The position numbers and the translations under genes were made by a program. A DNA stretch of 64,000 nucleotides from Cyanobium sp. (lineage in GTDB: Bacteria; Cyanobacteriota; Cyanobacteriia; PCC-6307; Cyanobiaceae): assembly GCA_046081785.1 (NCBI GenBank), contig JBJTWN010000237.1, positions 343 through 64,342 of the forward strand, read 5' to 3'. Shown here piece by piece: positions 51,481 to 62,400 of the stretch. The number at the start of each line of letters is the position of its first letter. Within the stretch, counting starts at the first letter, position 1. The notes under the pieces are model-generated. The model saw nothing but the letters and a program-made list of their open reading frames with translations, was not told where the DNA came from and did not search any database.

Positions 51481-52801
51481 CGGGCACTGGCAGCGACTCA
51501 CCCGCCCACTTGGCTATGGCGCCGCCGCAGCAGGTTTCACCGCCCTGGGCCTGCTGCTGCTCCATCTCCTGTTGGCCCACCGCTTGGAACAACAGCAGCG
51601 ACGGCAATTGGCCAGCCAGGTGAGCGCCATGGTGTTGCTCAGTGAAGTCGCCCTGGAGCGCTACAGCCCGGCTGAACTCACCGATGTGATGGGCACCAAG
51701 GTGGTCGTTGGTCCGAAGCCCCCCCAAGCGGGCACGCCCGCTTGGCCAGCGGATCCCACCCTGCGGCGGCAGGCAGAGGCCCTGCGGATGCATCTCTGCA
51801 GCAAACTCACCACCTGCCCAACACTTTGGCCAGTCGGACAGGGCACTCCCTCAGGGTCTGGCCGGGGTGTGTGGGTGCAGCTCAACTCCCCCCTGGAAAC
51901 GGCCTGGCTGTTTGCTCCGATCCCTGCTTTGCGGGGGTGGCCTCCAGATCCCCAGCTGTTCACCATCGCCGGAGGCCTGGGTGCGCTGGCCACCCTGCTG
52001 GTTTTTTTCAGCCTGGAGGTGCAGCGGCCCCTGCGCCAGTTGGATGCCGCCCTTGAGCAGGTGGGCCTCGATCAGCAGCCGCAGCCCGTTGCCGCCCGCG
52101 GCGCCGAGGCGGTGCGCCACCTCGCCCACCACTTCAACACCATGCTGCTGCGGCTCCAGCGAGCCAGCCAGGAAAGGGCCACCATGCTCGGGGGCATCGC
52201 CCATGATCTGCGCAGCCCACTGACGCGCCTGCGACTGAGGCTGTCTCAGCACAGCCCTTGGTCTGAAGAGGAGCGGCGCCGGGCAGATGTCGATCTCACC
52301 GCCCTGGAGAGGGTCATCGAACAGTTTTTGTTGTTTGTTGGCTCGGCAGGTCAGGAACAACCTGTGTGGGTCCCGCTAGAGGCTTTGGTGGGGGAGGCAG
52401 CCAATGCGGTCGAGACTGTCGCGCTTGATTTGGAGCCCATGCAGCGGCGGGTGCGCCCCATCGCCCTCAGCCGTGCTGTCGCCAACCTGCTTCTCAATGC
52501 CCAGTCCCACGGCACTCCCCCCCTGCGGCTGCTGCTGCGAGCCTTCTCTGGGGAGGGTTTTGCGATCGAGGTGTGGGATGGGGGCCAGGGAATTGCCCCG
52601 GTGGATTGGGAACGGGCCAAACAACCCTTCCAGCGACTGGATGAGGCCCGCGGTGGGTTAGGGCACAGCGGGCTTGGCCTGGCCATCGCCGAGCAGGTCG
52701 CCCGCGCCCATGGGGGCCAGCTCAGCTGCCGACAGGTTTTCGAAGGAGGCCAGTCATGGTTCGTCGTCCGGCTAACGGGCTGCTCCCAGCTGCAGGGCTG
52801 A
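51458..52801 (+). CDS. EnvZ-like sensor histidine kinase
   Basis: Two TM segments, HAMP, IAHDLRSPLTRL, NLLLNA, D.G.G, GLGLAI; start estimated. Confidence 0.9.
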   Translation: MAGPGRPSGHWQRLTRPLGYGAAAAGFTALGLLLLHLLLAHRLEQQQRRQLASQVSAMVLLSEVALERYSPAELTDVMGTKVVVGPKPPQAGTPAWPADPTLRRQAEALRMHLCSKLTTCPTLWPVGQGTPSGSGRGVWVQLNSPLETAWLFAPIPALRGWPPDPQLFTIAGGLGALATLLVFFSLEVQRPLRQLDAALEQVGLDQQPQPVAARGAEAVRHLAHHFNTMLLRLQRASQERATMLGGIAHDLRSPLTRLRLRLSQHSPWSEEERRRADVDLTALERVIEQFLLFVGSAGQEQPVWVPLEALVGEAANAVETVALDLEPMQRRVRPIALSRAVANLLLNAQSHGTPPLRLLLRAFSGEGFAIEVWDGGQGIAPVDWERAKQPFQRLDEARGGLGHSGLGLAIAEQVARAHGGQLSCRQVFEGGQSWFVVRLTGCSQLQG

Positions 52802-52807
52802 TCCCCA

Positions 52808-52823
52808 GTCACATCTGGTTACA
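52808..52823 (+). promoter_or_regulatory. Putative OmpR-type tandem box
   Basis: GTCACA-tctg-GTTACA direct repeat with 10-bp period, upstream of the LTxxQ gene. Confidence 0.4.
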
Positions 52824-52897
52824 CCTTCGCCCCCCTCGGTCGCATTTCGGTGACCAACGCTCTGCAGCATGAAAGTGCACCCTCCCCCATCCACACC

Positions 52898-53320
52898 ATG
52901 CTGATTCGGTTGCTGTCTCGTCCCCCGGCAGGCCTCCCCGCCCTGGCCTTGCTCCTGGTCAGTTTGGGAGGGACGTCGGCCATGGCCCAGCCGGTGGGGC
53001 CTACTCCCCCTGGACAGGGCTTGACTCGCGAACAACAACAGAAGCTCTTTCCTGAGCAGCGGCGGCTGGCCCTGACGGATCGCCGCGCTCGCATCGCCAT
53101 CTTGCAGCGGGGCGAGACTTGCCTCCAAGGTGCTCCCGATTCAGAGGCGCTGCGCAACTGCATGCGCACGGAGCGGGAAGCCATGCGGCAACAAAAACGC
53201 CAACACATGAGCGAGGTGCAGGCGCTGTTTGAACGCAATGGCCTCCCCGCACCCCAGTGGAAAAAGCGGCAAGGCCTGCGTCAAGGGCAAGTCCCCAGCG
53301 TGGGGGGGCCTCAATTCTGA
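52898..53320 (+). CDS. periplasmic helical protein with LTxxQ motif (Spy/CpxP-like)
   Basis: Signal peptide ending AMA; LTREQQQKL; two Cys. Confidence 0.6.
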   Translation: MLIRLLSRPPAGLPALALLLVSLGGTSAMAQPVGPTPPGQGLTREQQQKLFPEQRRLALTDRRARIAILQRGETCLQGAPDSEALRNCMRTEREAMRQQKRQHMSEVQALFERNGLPAPQWKKRQGLRQGQVPSVGGPQF

Positions 53321-53338
53321 GCGTTAGACGTGGTTTGA

Positions 53339-53374
53339 CCCCACCCCCTCCAGACCAGCAGGAGGTGGGTGGGG
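53339..53374. terminator. GC-rich hairpin between convergent genes
   Basis: ccccaccccctcc-N9-ggaggtgggtgggg. Confidence 0.6.
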
Positions 53375-53406
53375 CCGGCGGATCAGAAGATCAGCGCCTT
53401 CAGGGC

Positions 53407-54612
53407 TCAGGCCTCATCCAGGGCCGCCACCCCCGGCAGCACCTTGCCTTCGAGCAGCTCCAGGCTGGCGCCACCGCCAGTGGAAATATGACTCATTTGG
53501 TCAGCCACACCCACCTTTTCGACGGCGGCCACCGAATCGCCACCGCCGATGATCGTGATCGTGCCCTTGGCGCTCAATTCGGCCAGGGTGTGGGCAATGG
53601 CATTGGTGCCCGCCGCAAACTTATCGAATTCGAAGACGCCCATCGGGCCGTTCCAGATCACGGTTTTGCAATCGGCCAAGGCCTCCTGGAACACTTTCAC
53701 TGAATCGGGGCCGATGTCCAGGCCCATCCAGCCATCGGGGATGGCCTCCACCTTGGCAATCTGGCTGTTGGCCTCAGGCTTGAAGTCGTCGGCCAACACC
53801 ACATCGGTGGGCAGCAAGAATTGCACCCCCTTGGCGGCCGCCTTGGCCTCCAGCTCCTTGGCCAACTCCAGCTTGTCTTCCTCCACCAGGCTCTTGCCTA
53901 CCGACAGGCCGCGGGCTTTGTAGAAGGTGGAGATCCTGCCGCCGCCGATCAAAATCTTGTCGCACTTATCGATCAGGGCCTCAAGCACCCCGATCTTGCT
54001 GCTCACCTTGGAACCACCCACGATGGCGGCCAGGGGACGCTTGGGAGCATCAATGGCGCCCTGGAGGTAGGCCAGTTCCTTCTCCATCAGGTGGCCTGCC
54101 ACATTGGGGCTGAGGAATTTGGTGACCCCTTGGGTGGAGGCATGGGCTCGGTGGGCGGCGCCAAAAGCGTCGTTCACATACACCTCCGCCAGAGACGCCA
54201 GCTGCTTGGCAAACTCAGCTTCGTTCTTTTCCTCCTCAGCAAAGAAGCGCACGTTCTCCAGGAGCACCACGCCGCCCTCCTGCAGAGCCGCCACCTTCGC
54301 TTCCGCATCAGGGCCGATGCAGCTCTCCGTTTTCTCCACGGGTACACCAAGAAGATCGCTCAGCCGAGCGGCCACCTGGGTCAGGCGCATGCCCTCGTTC
54401 ACCCGCCCCTCGGGCCGGCCGAAATGGGCGGCGAGGATCACCTTGGCGCCATTGTCACGGAGGTGGGCAATGGTGGGCAGGGCGGCCCGGATGCGGGTGT
54501 CATCCGTGATGGCGCCAGCGTCATCCAGGGGGACGTTGAAGTCCACCCGCACCAGCACGCGCTTGCCGCGGAGATCTGCAGCGCCGAGACTGGCGAGGGA
54601 ACGCTTGGCCAT
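53407..54612 (-). CDS. pgk: phosphoglycerate kinase
   Basis: [50 protein letters not shown]. Confidence 0.97.
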   Translation of the reverse strand: MAKRSLASLGAADLRGKRVLVRVDFNVPLDDAGAITDDTRIRAALPTIAHLRDNGAKVILAAHFGRPEGRVNEGMRLTQVAARLSDLLGVPVEKTESCIGPDAEAKVAALQEGGVVLLENVRFFAEEEKNEAEFAKQLASLAEVYVNDAFGAAHRAHASTQGVTKFLSPNVAGHLMEKELAYLQGAIDAPKRPLAAIVGGSKVSSKIGVLEALIDKCDKILIGGGRISTFYKARGLSVGKSLVEEDKLELAKELEAKAAAKGVQFLLPTDVVLADDFKPEANSQIAKVEAIPDGWMGLDIGPDSVKVFQEALADCKTVIWNGPMGVFEFDKFAAGTNAIAHTLAELSAKGTITIIGGGDSVAAVEKVGVADQMSHISTGGGASLELLEGKVLPGVAALDEA

Positions 54613-54846
54613 GGTTGCGGGTGGAGGGAGAAGGCGGGGGGAGATTAACCCCTCAGCCACCCATCCTCACAGAACCTTCCCAATCCAAAGCCGCGGAGCC
54701 CATCAGAGCCGTCGCCGCTGGCTCGTGCGCATGAGCAGCACGTCGGCCCGCCAGCCTCGTGGTCTACGGGCCAGCGCCGGTTGGGTCTTCCCCTTGGTCT
54801 TCCCTGGGCGGCGGGCGCTAGAAATTGAAAGCCAACCTCCCCTGTC

Positions 54847-55230
54847 ATGTTCGACACCGTTCTGTTCCCCATCGACAACAGCCGCCAGACGATGGAAACG
54901 GCCGCGGTGGCCATCCAGCTGGCCCAAAGGCACGGCAGCCGGGTGGTGTTGCTCTCCGTGGTGGAAGAGGAGGAGGGGGCCATGCATGATCCGGCCGCGG
55001 TCACCCAGCTGTTGGAGCAGGCGCGGGCCAGCTTCGAACAGGCGGGCTTGGCTTGTGATGTCTTCGAGCGAGCAGGCAAGCCCGCTTTTGTGATCGGCGA
55101 TGTGGCCGATGAGGTGAATGCCGATCTGATCATCATGGGCACCCGGGGCATCAGCCTGGAAGAGGATCAGCAGAGCACGGCCGCCCGGGTGATCCAGCTG
55201 GCCCCCTGCCCTGTGATGGTGGTGCCCTGA
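54847..55230 (+). CDS. universal stress protein
   Basis: MFDTVLFPID, ADLIIMGTRG, APCPVMVVP. Confidence 0.92.
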   Translation: MFDTVLFPIDNSRQTMETAAVAIQLAQRHGSRVVLLSVVEEEEGAMHDPAAVTQLLEQARASFEQAGLACDVFERAGKPAFVIGDVADEVNADLIIMGTRGISLEEDQQSTAARVIQLAPCPVMVVP

Positions 55231-56189
55231 TGGTGCCGCCCCCTTTGGCCGGAGTCGCCACGTCGACGGAAGGGGCCGGCCAGCCGCTCATCCAGTGGTA
55301 TCCCGGCCACATCGCCAAGGCCGAGCAGGCGCTCAGCGCCAACCTCGACAAGGTGGATTTGGTGATCGAGGTGCGGGATGCGCGCATTCCGCTGGCCACC
55401 GCCCATCCGCGGCTGGGCCGCTGGATTCGGGGCAAGCCCCATCTGTTGGTGCTCAACCGGATGGACATGGTGCCACCCGCGGCGCGCCAGGCATGGGAGG
55501 CCTGGTTTCGCCAGAGGCCGATCGGCTCCCAGGGCAGCCCCCTGTGGTGTGACGCCAAGGCCGGCACGGGGGTGAAAGCGCTGCAGCAGGCTTCGATTCA
55601 GGCGGGTGAGGCGCTCAACGATCGCCGCCGGGCGCGGGGGATGCGGCCCCGGCCGGTGCGGGCTCTGGTGCTGGGGTTTCCCAATGTGGGCAAATCGGCC
55701 CTGATCAACAGGCTGGTGGGCCAGCGGGTGGTGGAGAGCGCCCGTCGGCCCGGGGTCACCCGCAGCCTGCGTTGGGTGCGCCTGGGCCAGGCGCTGGATC
55801 TGCTCGATGCCCCCGGGGTGCTGCCGCCCCAGCTGGAGGATCAACGGGCGGCCCTGCTGCTCGCCATCTGTGACGACATAGGCGAGGCGGCCTACGACAC
55901 GGAACTCGTGGCGCTGGCCTTTTTGCGCCGGCTTGTGGCCCTTGCTGCTCAACCGTTGGCAGGAGTGGAGGTGGCTGGGCTGGAGAGCCGCTTTGGCGTG
56001 GCCGTGGCGCCGGCCGCCCCTGACGGCGAGGCCTGGCTGGAGCGTGCCGCCAGCCGTCACACCAGCGGCGATCGGCTTCGCATGGCGCAACGCCTCCTCG
56101 ACGACTTCCGCTGCGGCCGGCTGGGGTCGATGGCGCTGGAGTTGCCGCCGACATGCATGACAATCCCTCACAACACTGCAGCACCCTGA
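55230..56189 (+). CDS. ylqF: ribosome biogenesis GTPase
   Basis: IQWYPGHIAKA, EVRDARIP, GFPNVGKS, PGVTR, LDAPG. Confidence 0.95.
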   Translation: MVPPPLAGVATSTEGAGQPLIQWYPGHIAKAEQALSANLDKVDLVIEVRDARIPLATAHPRLGRWIRGKPHLLVLNRMDMVPPAARQAWEAWFRQRPIGSQGSPLWCDAKAGTGVKALQQASIQAGEALNDRRRARGMRPRPVRALVLGFPNVGKSALINRLVGQRVVESARRPGVTRSLRWVRLGQALDLLDAPGVLPPQLEDQRAALLLAICDDIGEAAYDTELVALAFLRRLVALAAQPLAGVEVAGLESRFGVAVAPAAPDGEAWLERAASRHTSGDRLRMAQRLLDDFRCGRLGSMALELPPTCMTIPHNTAAP

Positions 56190-56249
56190 GCCAGGGGGTC
56201 TCTCGTTTCCCTTGATTGGATGTAATCAATCTTGATCGAGCCAGCTGCC

Positions 56250-57977
56250 ATGGCAAAGAAACTCGCCATCGTGATTAGTGGAGCGGTGTCCCTGGGGAGC
56301 TATGAAGCCGGCGTGATGTATGAGGTGCTAGAAGCCATTGCCAGGCACAATGAGAGAGAGCAGGATGAGCACCAACAAATCAAAATTGACAAGATCACCG
56401 GTGCTTCCGCTGGAGGCATGACTGCCGCGATTCTAGCCCAGAACCTCCTCTATGATGATGGAAGTCTTCGAAGCCCCTACGATAATAAACTCTACAAAGC
56501 ATGGGTGGAGATGATTGATATTATCCCCCTATTGCAGAACAAGAAAGGGGATCAAAAGAGATCTTTGCTTGATATCCACATTATTGAGTCGATCGCCAAT
56601 CAGCTTCTGGTATCCGAGGAGACTCTGAAAGAGCAGAACGGAAGCGGCAGCCTGGGTCAGCATCCCGCAGCAGCCAACCGCCTGAGGGTTGGCATCGCCA
56701 TGGCCAACATGAACGGCTACAAGTATGAAATTCCCACCACAGGCGACCCCCCTTTTGGCTACACACGTTTCAAGGATCAGCTGATGTGTGAGGTGGAACG
56801 CAAGCCGGACAGCACCTCCAGCCTCCAGGAGCTGGCTCTGGTGCCAGATGCCGCCACTGGTTCTCTCCATTGGCAGGCGGCTGGGGACATGACTTGGGGC
56901 ATGCTGCGGGAGGCGGGGATCTCCTCAGGGGCATTTCCTTTGGCATTTCCACTGCGCAAGATCACACGCTCGGGCTTTGGGCTCAGCCAGCCGGACAACA
57001 GGTTTGTGAATCGAGATGGCAATTTTCTCTACACAGATGGCGGGGTATTTGAGAATGAGCCGGTTGGTCTAGCCCATGCCCTGCTGGAGAGTCCACAGGA
57101 TTCAAATCGCTTCTATCTGCTGATCAAACCAGGGCCGAAGGCAGCTTCCGTGGGTTCTATCACTTCGGAAAGAGAAGATCTACTACAAACATTGTTCGCC
57201 CTGGTTGGAGCTGTTGTCCAGCAAGCTCAGTTTCAGGACTTTGTCATGGAACGACTTGGCCGCGAGGCTGGTATTGCCGACCGCTTGCTGACGATAACAT
57301 CGAAGGATTCTACTTTGGTAGGCGATATACTCTCCGCTTTTTCCGGGTTCTTAGAGCAAAAGTTTCGAGCCTACGATTACAATATCGGCCGTGAGACAGC
57401 CCGCAATCAGCTGAAAAGAGCTTTCGAGAAACAACTGATCAATTTCGACCCTGAAGCGCCAGGAGCCATGCCTGAGATTGGATGGGTCGTTGGTCGCAAT
57501 GACACAGATCTCAATATGGCAGATGAAGAAAGACTGAATTGGAGCTTAACTTTGAATCGCAATCTTAACTCCTGGAATGACGCAAAATCGCTCATGAGGA
57601 CTATTGCGGACAGCCCAGACAGCCAGCACGATGAGCTCAAAGATCTTCACCTGCTGATGCGGGAAGTGCGCCCCTCCACTCGCAAAGAAATAGCAAAACA
57701 ACTCATGGATCGTCTGAACAATTTGATTGACTACATCAATGATACCTATTTACAGCGGGCCGATGAAAATATTAAACATGAGATCGACGAAGCAGCAACG
57801 CAGTGGTGGCAAGATCATTTTTCCAATCACATACCAACAAGTGTTCTACAGCTCTTACCAGCCAACCTGTTCAAGGGTGTGCGAGAGAGTGTGGGCAAGC
57901 CGATGTTGAAGTTGATCGCCTCGGCCCTTCTCAAGGGATGGTTAAAGGCCAACATTATCGATCCGCCAGCAGCTTAA
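56250..57977 (+). CDS. patatin-like phospholipase
   Basis: SGAVSLGSYEAG, GASAG nucleophile, SSGAFPLAF, DGG. Confidence 0.85.
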   Translation: MAKKLAIVISGAVSLGSYEAGVMYEVLEAIARHNEREQDEHQQIKIDKITGASAGGMTAAILAQNLLYDDGSLRSPYDNKLYKAWVEMIDIIPLLQNKKGDQKRSLLDIHIIESIANQLLVSEETLKEQNGSGSLGQHPAAANRLRVGIAMANMNGYKYEIPTTGDPPFGYTRFKDQLMCEVERKPDSTSSLQELALVPDAATGSLHWQAAGDMTWGMLREAGISSGAFPLAFPLRKITRSGFGLSQPDNRFVNRDGNFLYTDGGVFENEPVGLAHALLESPQDSNRFYLLIKPGPKAASVGSITSEREDLLQTLFALVGAVVQQAQFQDFVMERLGREAGIADRLLTITSKDSTLVGDILSAFSGFLEQKFRAYDYNIGRETARNQLKRAFEKQLINFDPEAPGAMPEIGWVVGRNDTDLNMADEERLNWSLTLNRNLNSWNDAKSLMRTIADSPDSQHDELKDLHLLMREVRPSTRKEIAKQLMDRLNNLIDYINDTYLQRADENIKHEIDEAATQWWQDHFSNHIPTSVLQLLPANLFKGVRESVGKPMLKLIASALLKGWLKANIIDPPAA

Positions 57978-58011
57978 ACTCTTCAATGAGACGTTCTCAA
58001 GCACCGCGTTC

Positions 58012-58962
58012 ATGCATGGCTTTGGCGAGGGCGAAGGCGACCTGCTTCGCCTCACCTACCTCAAGCCTCTGCCGATGCGACTGGATCGCTGGCTGGTGGC
58101 CCAGCGGCCGGAGCAGAGCCGCGCCCGCATCCAGAAGTTCATCGAGGCGGGCTGCGTGCGGGTGAACGGCGTCACGGGCCGGGCCAAGACACCCCTGCGC
58201 CAGGGCGATCAGGTGGAGCTCTGGATGCCGCCGCCCGAGCCTCTCCCCTACCTGATCCCCCAGGCGATCCCCCTGGATGTGCTCTTTGAGGATCCCCACC
58301 TGATCGTGCTCAACAAGCCGGCGGGCCTCACGGTGCATCCGGCGCCGGGCAACAAGGACGGCACCCTGGTGAATGCCCTGCTGCACCACTGCCCGGACCT
58401 GCCGGGTATCGGCGGCGAGCTGCGGCCTGGCATCGTGCACCGCCTGGATAAGGACACCAGCGGCTGCATCGTGGTGGCCAAGAGCCAGGAGGCACTGGTG
58501 AAGCTGCAGGCGCAGATTCAAAAGCGCATCGCCAGCCGGGATTATCTGGCGGTGGTGCACGGCCAGCCCGCCGCCGATTCCGGCACGATTGTGGGTGCCA
58601 TTGGCCGCCATCCGGCCGACCGCAAGAAATACGCGGTGGTGAACGATGGCTCCGGCCGCCATGCCTGCACCCACTGGCAAGTGGTGGAGCGGCTGGGGGA
58701 TTACGCCCTGCTGCGCTTCCAACTGGACACAGGCCGCACCCACCAGATCCGGGTGCACTGCGCCCACATCCAGCACCCGATCGTGGGCGATCCGGTGTAT
58801 TCCCGGGCCCGGCGCCTGCCCGTAGAGCTACCGGGTCAGACCCTTCATGCGGTGGCCTTGGGGCTGAATCATCCAATCAGCGGGGAGCGGCAGTGCTTTG
58901 AGGCGCCCTTGCCGGGGGAGTTTGAGAAGCTGCTGTTGGCGCTGCGCAAGCGACTGGGGTGA
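58012..58962 (+). CDS. rluD: RluA/RluD pseudouridine synthase
   Basis: S4 domain, NKPAGLTVHP, HRLDKDTSG, TGRTHQIRVH. Confidence 0.92.
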   Translation: MHGFGEGEGDLLRLTYLKPLPMRLDRWLVAQRPEQSRARIQKFIEAGCVRVNGVTGRAKTPLRQGDQVELWMPPPEPLPYLIPQAIPLDVLFEDPHLIVLNKPAGLTVHPAPGNKDGTLVNALLHHCPDLPGIGGELRPGIVHRLDKDTSGCIVVAKSQEALVKLQAQIQKRIASRDYLAVVHGQPAADSGTIVGAIGRHPADRKKYAVVNDGSGRHACTHWQVVERLGDYALLRFQLDTGRTHQIRVHCAHIQHPIVGDPVYSRARRLPVELPGQTLHAVALGLNHPISGERQCFEAPLPGEFEKLLLALRKRLG

Positions 58963-58967
58963 GGCGC

Positions 58968-59462
58968 TCAGCGGATCCGAATGCGTCTTCTGATCTGGCG
59001 GGACCAACCAAAGGCCGCTGCCGCGCCAAAGAGGGGCAGCGGCCCTGGAACGGGTGCTGTGGCGATGGCGTATTTCACGGTGGCGCCGGCCGGGGGAGTG
59101 CCATCAATGAAGGAACCTGGCGCGCTGAGGTCCTGGAGGCTGCCCATCACTTCATTGATAGAAGCGTTGTAGGAATAGGCGAAGAGAAGTCCGTAGCCGG
59201 CTGTCGAGCCTTCACCCAGTGCGGTGAAGACTTGTCCAGCAAAGTCATCCGCCGTGGGTTGGCTTCCCCACCAGGGCATTTGGCCAAGGGGAGGCAGTTG
59301 AAATGAACTAGTTGATGCGGTGTAGGAGGTTTCCAAAACCGTCACGTCGTAGAGAACACCACCAACGTTGACGACAGCAGCCTGGGCTGGTGTGGAGACG
59401 AGAAGGGAAGCTGCTGTGCTGGCGAGAACAGCAGTAGCAGCCAAACGAAAGGAAGTTTTCAT
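58968..59462 (-). CDS. PEP-CTERM-like (VPGPLP) exosortase-target surface protein
   Basis: Signal peptide ending AQA; C-terminal VPGPLPLFGAAAAFGWSRQIRRRI. Confidence 0.85.
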   Translation of the reverse strand: MKTSFRLAATAVLASTAASLLVSTPAQAAVVNVGGVLYDVTVLETSYTASTSSFQLPPLGQMPWWGSQPTADDFAGQVFTALGEGSTAGYGLLFAYSYNASINEVMGSLQDLSAPGSFIDGTPPAGATVKYAIATAPVPGPLPLFGAAAAFGWSRQIRRRIRIR

Positions 59463-59487
59463 GGAAGGAACAGGAAAGGGATGCAGA

Positions 59488-62400
59488 TCAAACGAACAGA
59501 AATTGTGAGGCATTGGTCAGGTTTAGAGACGCCAAGGTGGCACCCTGCACAAAGCCGATAGCCTCAGGTGTGGGTGAGAGGGCATCGATGCGCAGGCCGG
59601 CCACGCCGGCGTAGCGGCCGCTGATGAGGCGGTAGTCGGTAGCGAGGCCGTGGAGCTGGATGCGATCACCGGCGTTGAAATCTCTGACCAGAGCCAGATC
59701 AGCACTGCCCAGCCCTGGGGTGCCATCGTCGTAGAAGCGCCCTGTGGCATCACCTAGCGCAAAGAGGTCATCGCCTCCCCCACCGGTGAGCCGATCGAGA
59801 GATCCTCGACCGCGGAGCGTGGAGCCGCTGGGCACCCCGATGAGGGTTTCAGCGGCGTTGGTGCCGGTCAGGTTGTCACTGGCGTCAGTGATCAGCCCGA
59901 TGATGGTCTGCCTGAGAAGCACGCTAACGGTGGAACCCACCTGCTGGGTGCGGGCAGCATCGTTGTAGAAACGCAGTTCGAGGGTTTCATCAGGATCGTT
60001 GGCGGCATCAGCGGCGATGGCCTTGGAGAAGGCGGAGCGGCCATCGATGCCAATCACGGTGGATCCCTCTAACAGACCATCGGAAAAGTCTGAGGCGGTG
60101 ATGCCAGTGCCGCCAAAGCGCCAGTAGAGGGGGGAGGCTGGAGTCACATTGGTGGTGAACACCCCAATAGCGAGGGATGAGCCCTCATCGATCGCATTAG
60201 CGCTAGTGGTGTAGCTGTAGGTAGGAGAGGGTTTGGGTTCACTAATGCGATCGCTTACCAATAAGCGCCGATCCAGGGTGGCTTCGTTACCAAATACATC
60301 CGAAATTCGGATTGAGACCTCATACATTCCTCGACCAATCTCCACTGGAACATCCCAAATAAATTTGCCATCTTTGATCACCGCCCCTTCTGGGCCTCGT
60401 AACAACTTGGCCTGTTGGTCTTGGTTTAGGGACAAATCTGAGATATACATATCACTGGCATGCGCCAAAAATTCCCACTCATCTATTTCTAAAGGAGCTG
60501 TGTAACGATCGCCCACCAGGACAGCTATAGGATCACTAGGTAATCCTTCTTCCCCCGCAATATTGACTGCTTGCACAATGAAGCGGTAGTAATCACCAGA
60601 TTTCAATCCTGTCAGACGAAGACGAGTGTCATCAGTAATTTCAAACGAACCGGATTCTTCCTCTTCGTTGCGATCACCTGAAGCAATGTGTGTGTAAGAA
60701 ACAACGTAATATACAACTCCTATATCAGGAATTGCTTCCCAATTCAGTTCTACCGAATTATCACCAGACCATTTTCCTGTCACACCTTGCACCTGGGGCA
60801 AGACCTCGGGGTCAAGAATGCGAATTGGATCAGGAAGATATGAGTATGTTGGGGCGTTGCCACCATCATCTATCACTGCATAAACATAATAAGTTCCTGT
60901 TTGCACATCTTTTGTGTCCCAAGTGAATGTTCCCACACCATCCTTCTCCTGAATTCCTGTGGCAATAAATATTCCATTGGCATTAACTCCATCAGTGTCG
61001 TAATAGAAACTTATGATAGCGTCCGAGTCGGAGTCACAAGCATCATATTTTATTGCGACATCAGCTCCTCGGGATACGGATAAAATTGGGTCTGAAGCCA
61101 TTAACAATTGGGCTGAGCCCGTCAACGTTGGAGCCGAAGTATAGCCAAACAAGCTCAACCTTGCTAATTCAAATAAGTTCAATTCAGCTAATTGCAGACC
61201 CTCATTGGACTTACCATCTCTGACCGTTGGAAAAATGATTTTTTATTGAGAAAAACCTGTTTCGTTATTAATAACAATACGTTTTCCTTCTGTGAACCTT
61301 TTTGTTGGTAAATCTAAAAAGCCTTTATTTATGAGCTCCCAGCGGTCTGAATCATTGTTGCGACCCTCTAATTCATAGGAAGCTGGGTCTCGCTCAGAAA
61401 AGTCATTGGCTGTGGTAATTGTAAAGCTTCGAATTACAGTGGGTGTATTGTAAGTAACGACAATTCCAGGTGTTACCTTATTGTAGGGTGGAACGTACCA
61501 TTTGGTGCTAACATTACCATCAAAGGCTTTATCAACAGTTTCATCAACAGGAGAAGGTATATTAAATAACGCTATCATACTTGAGGGCAAACTTGGTTGT
61601 TGGTTGTCAAGAGGAGTGGTTTCAAATAAGCTCAACTCCGCCAACTGAAGACTATTGGCGATTGTAGAGTCCTTGAGTTTTGGGAAATAAATGAGGTACT
61701 GAAGAAAATCCTCTGTATTGTTAATAAAAACTCTTCGCCCCGGTGTGCGTCTCTCTGTTGGCAAACTTAACGAACCAGCGCTTATCTCTTTCCATTCTTC
61801 CTGATTACTGTTGCGGCCGGATAATACATAGGAAGCTGGGTCTCGCTCAGAGAAATCATTGGCCGTTGTGATTGCAAAACTTTTAATTCTAGTGAGTTTA
61901 TTGTAGGTAACGAGAATTCCTGAATTTTCTTTGCTTTTATTGAGGTACTTAGTATTAATATCGCCATCAAAGGCTTTATTGACATCTTCACCAATGGGAG
62001 ATGTGATAATTCCAGATAAGTGATATGCTATCTTACCTGAGGGGGAACTTGGCTTTAGTAGCCATTCAAGGCTTTGAACCGTGAGGGTAATGTCAGGGGT
62101 CTCCGTAACTTTATAAAGTGTTGAGTTTAGTGAAAATAGATCTTTATTGTTTGGGATACGCGCAGGTTGCACTCCTGCAATACCTGCAAAGTCACTGCCT
62201 GTTTTTAGTTTAAACTTATCCAGATCTATGACGTAAAAAGCAGTGGACTTGCTGGATAACGCAGGGATATACTCAGCAACATCTTCAACAAATTCCGAAA
62301 AAGGAGGTATACGGTAGCTATTTCTATGGAGAGTTCCGTCACGTCGTTTATCCCTAGTCATGATTTGAAGGTATTTATTATTAGACCATTCCCAAGTTTT

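Noticed and set aside
48795-56171. Long antisense ORFs over murG, pgk and ylqF
   Set aside because: Codon-bias shadows of core genes
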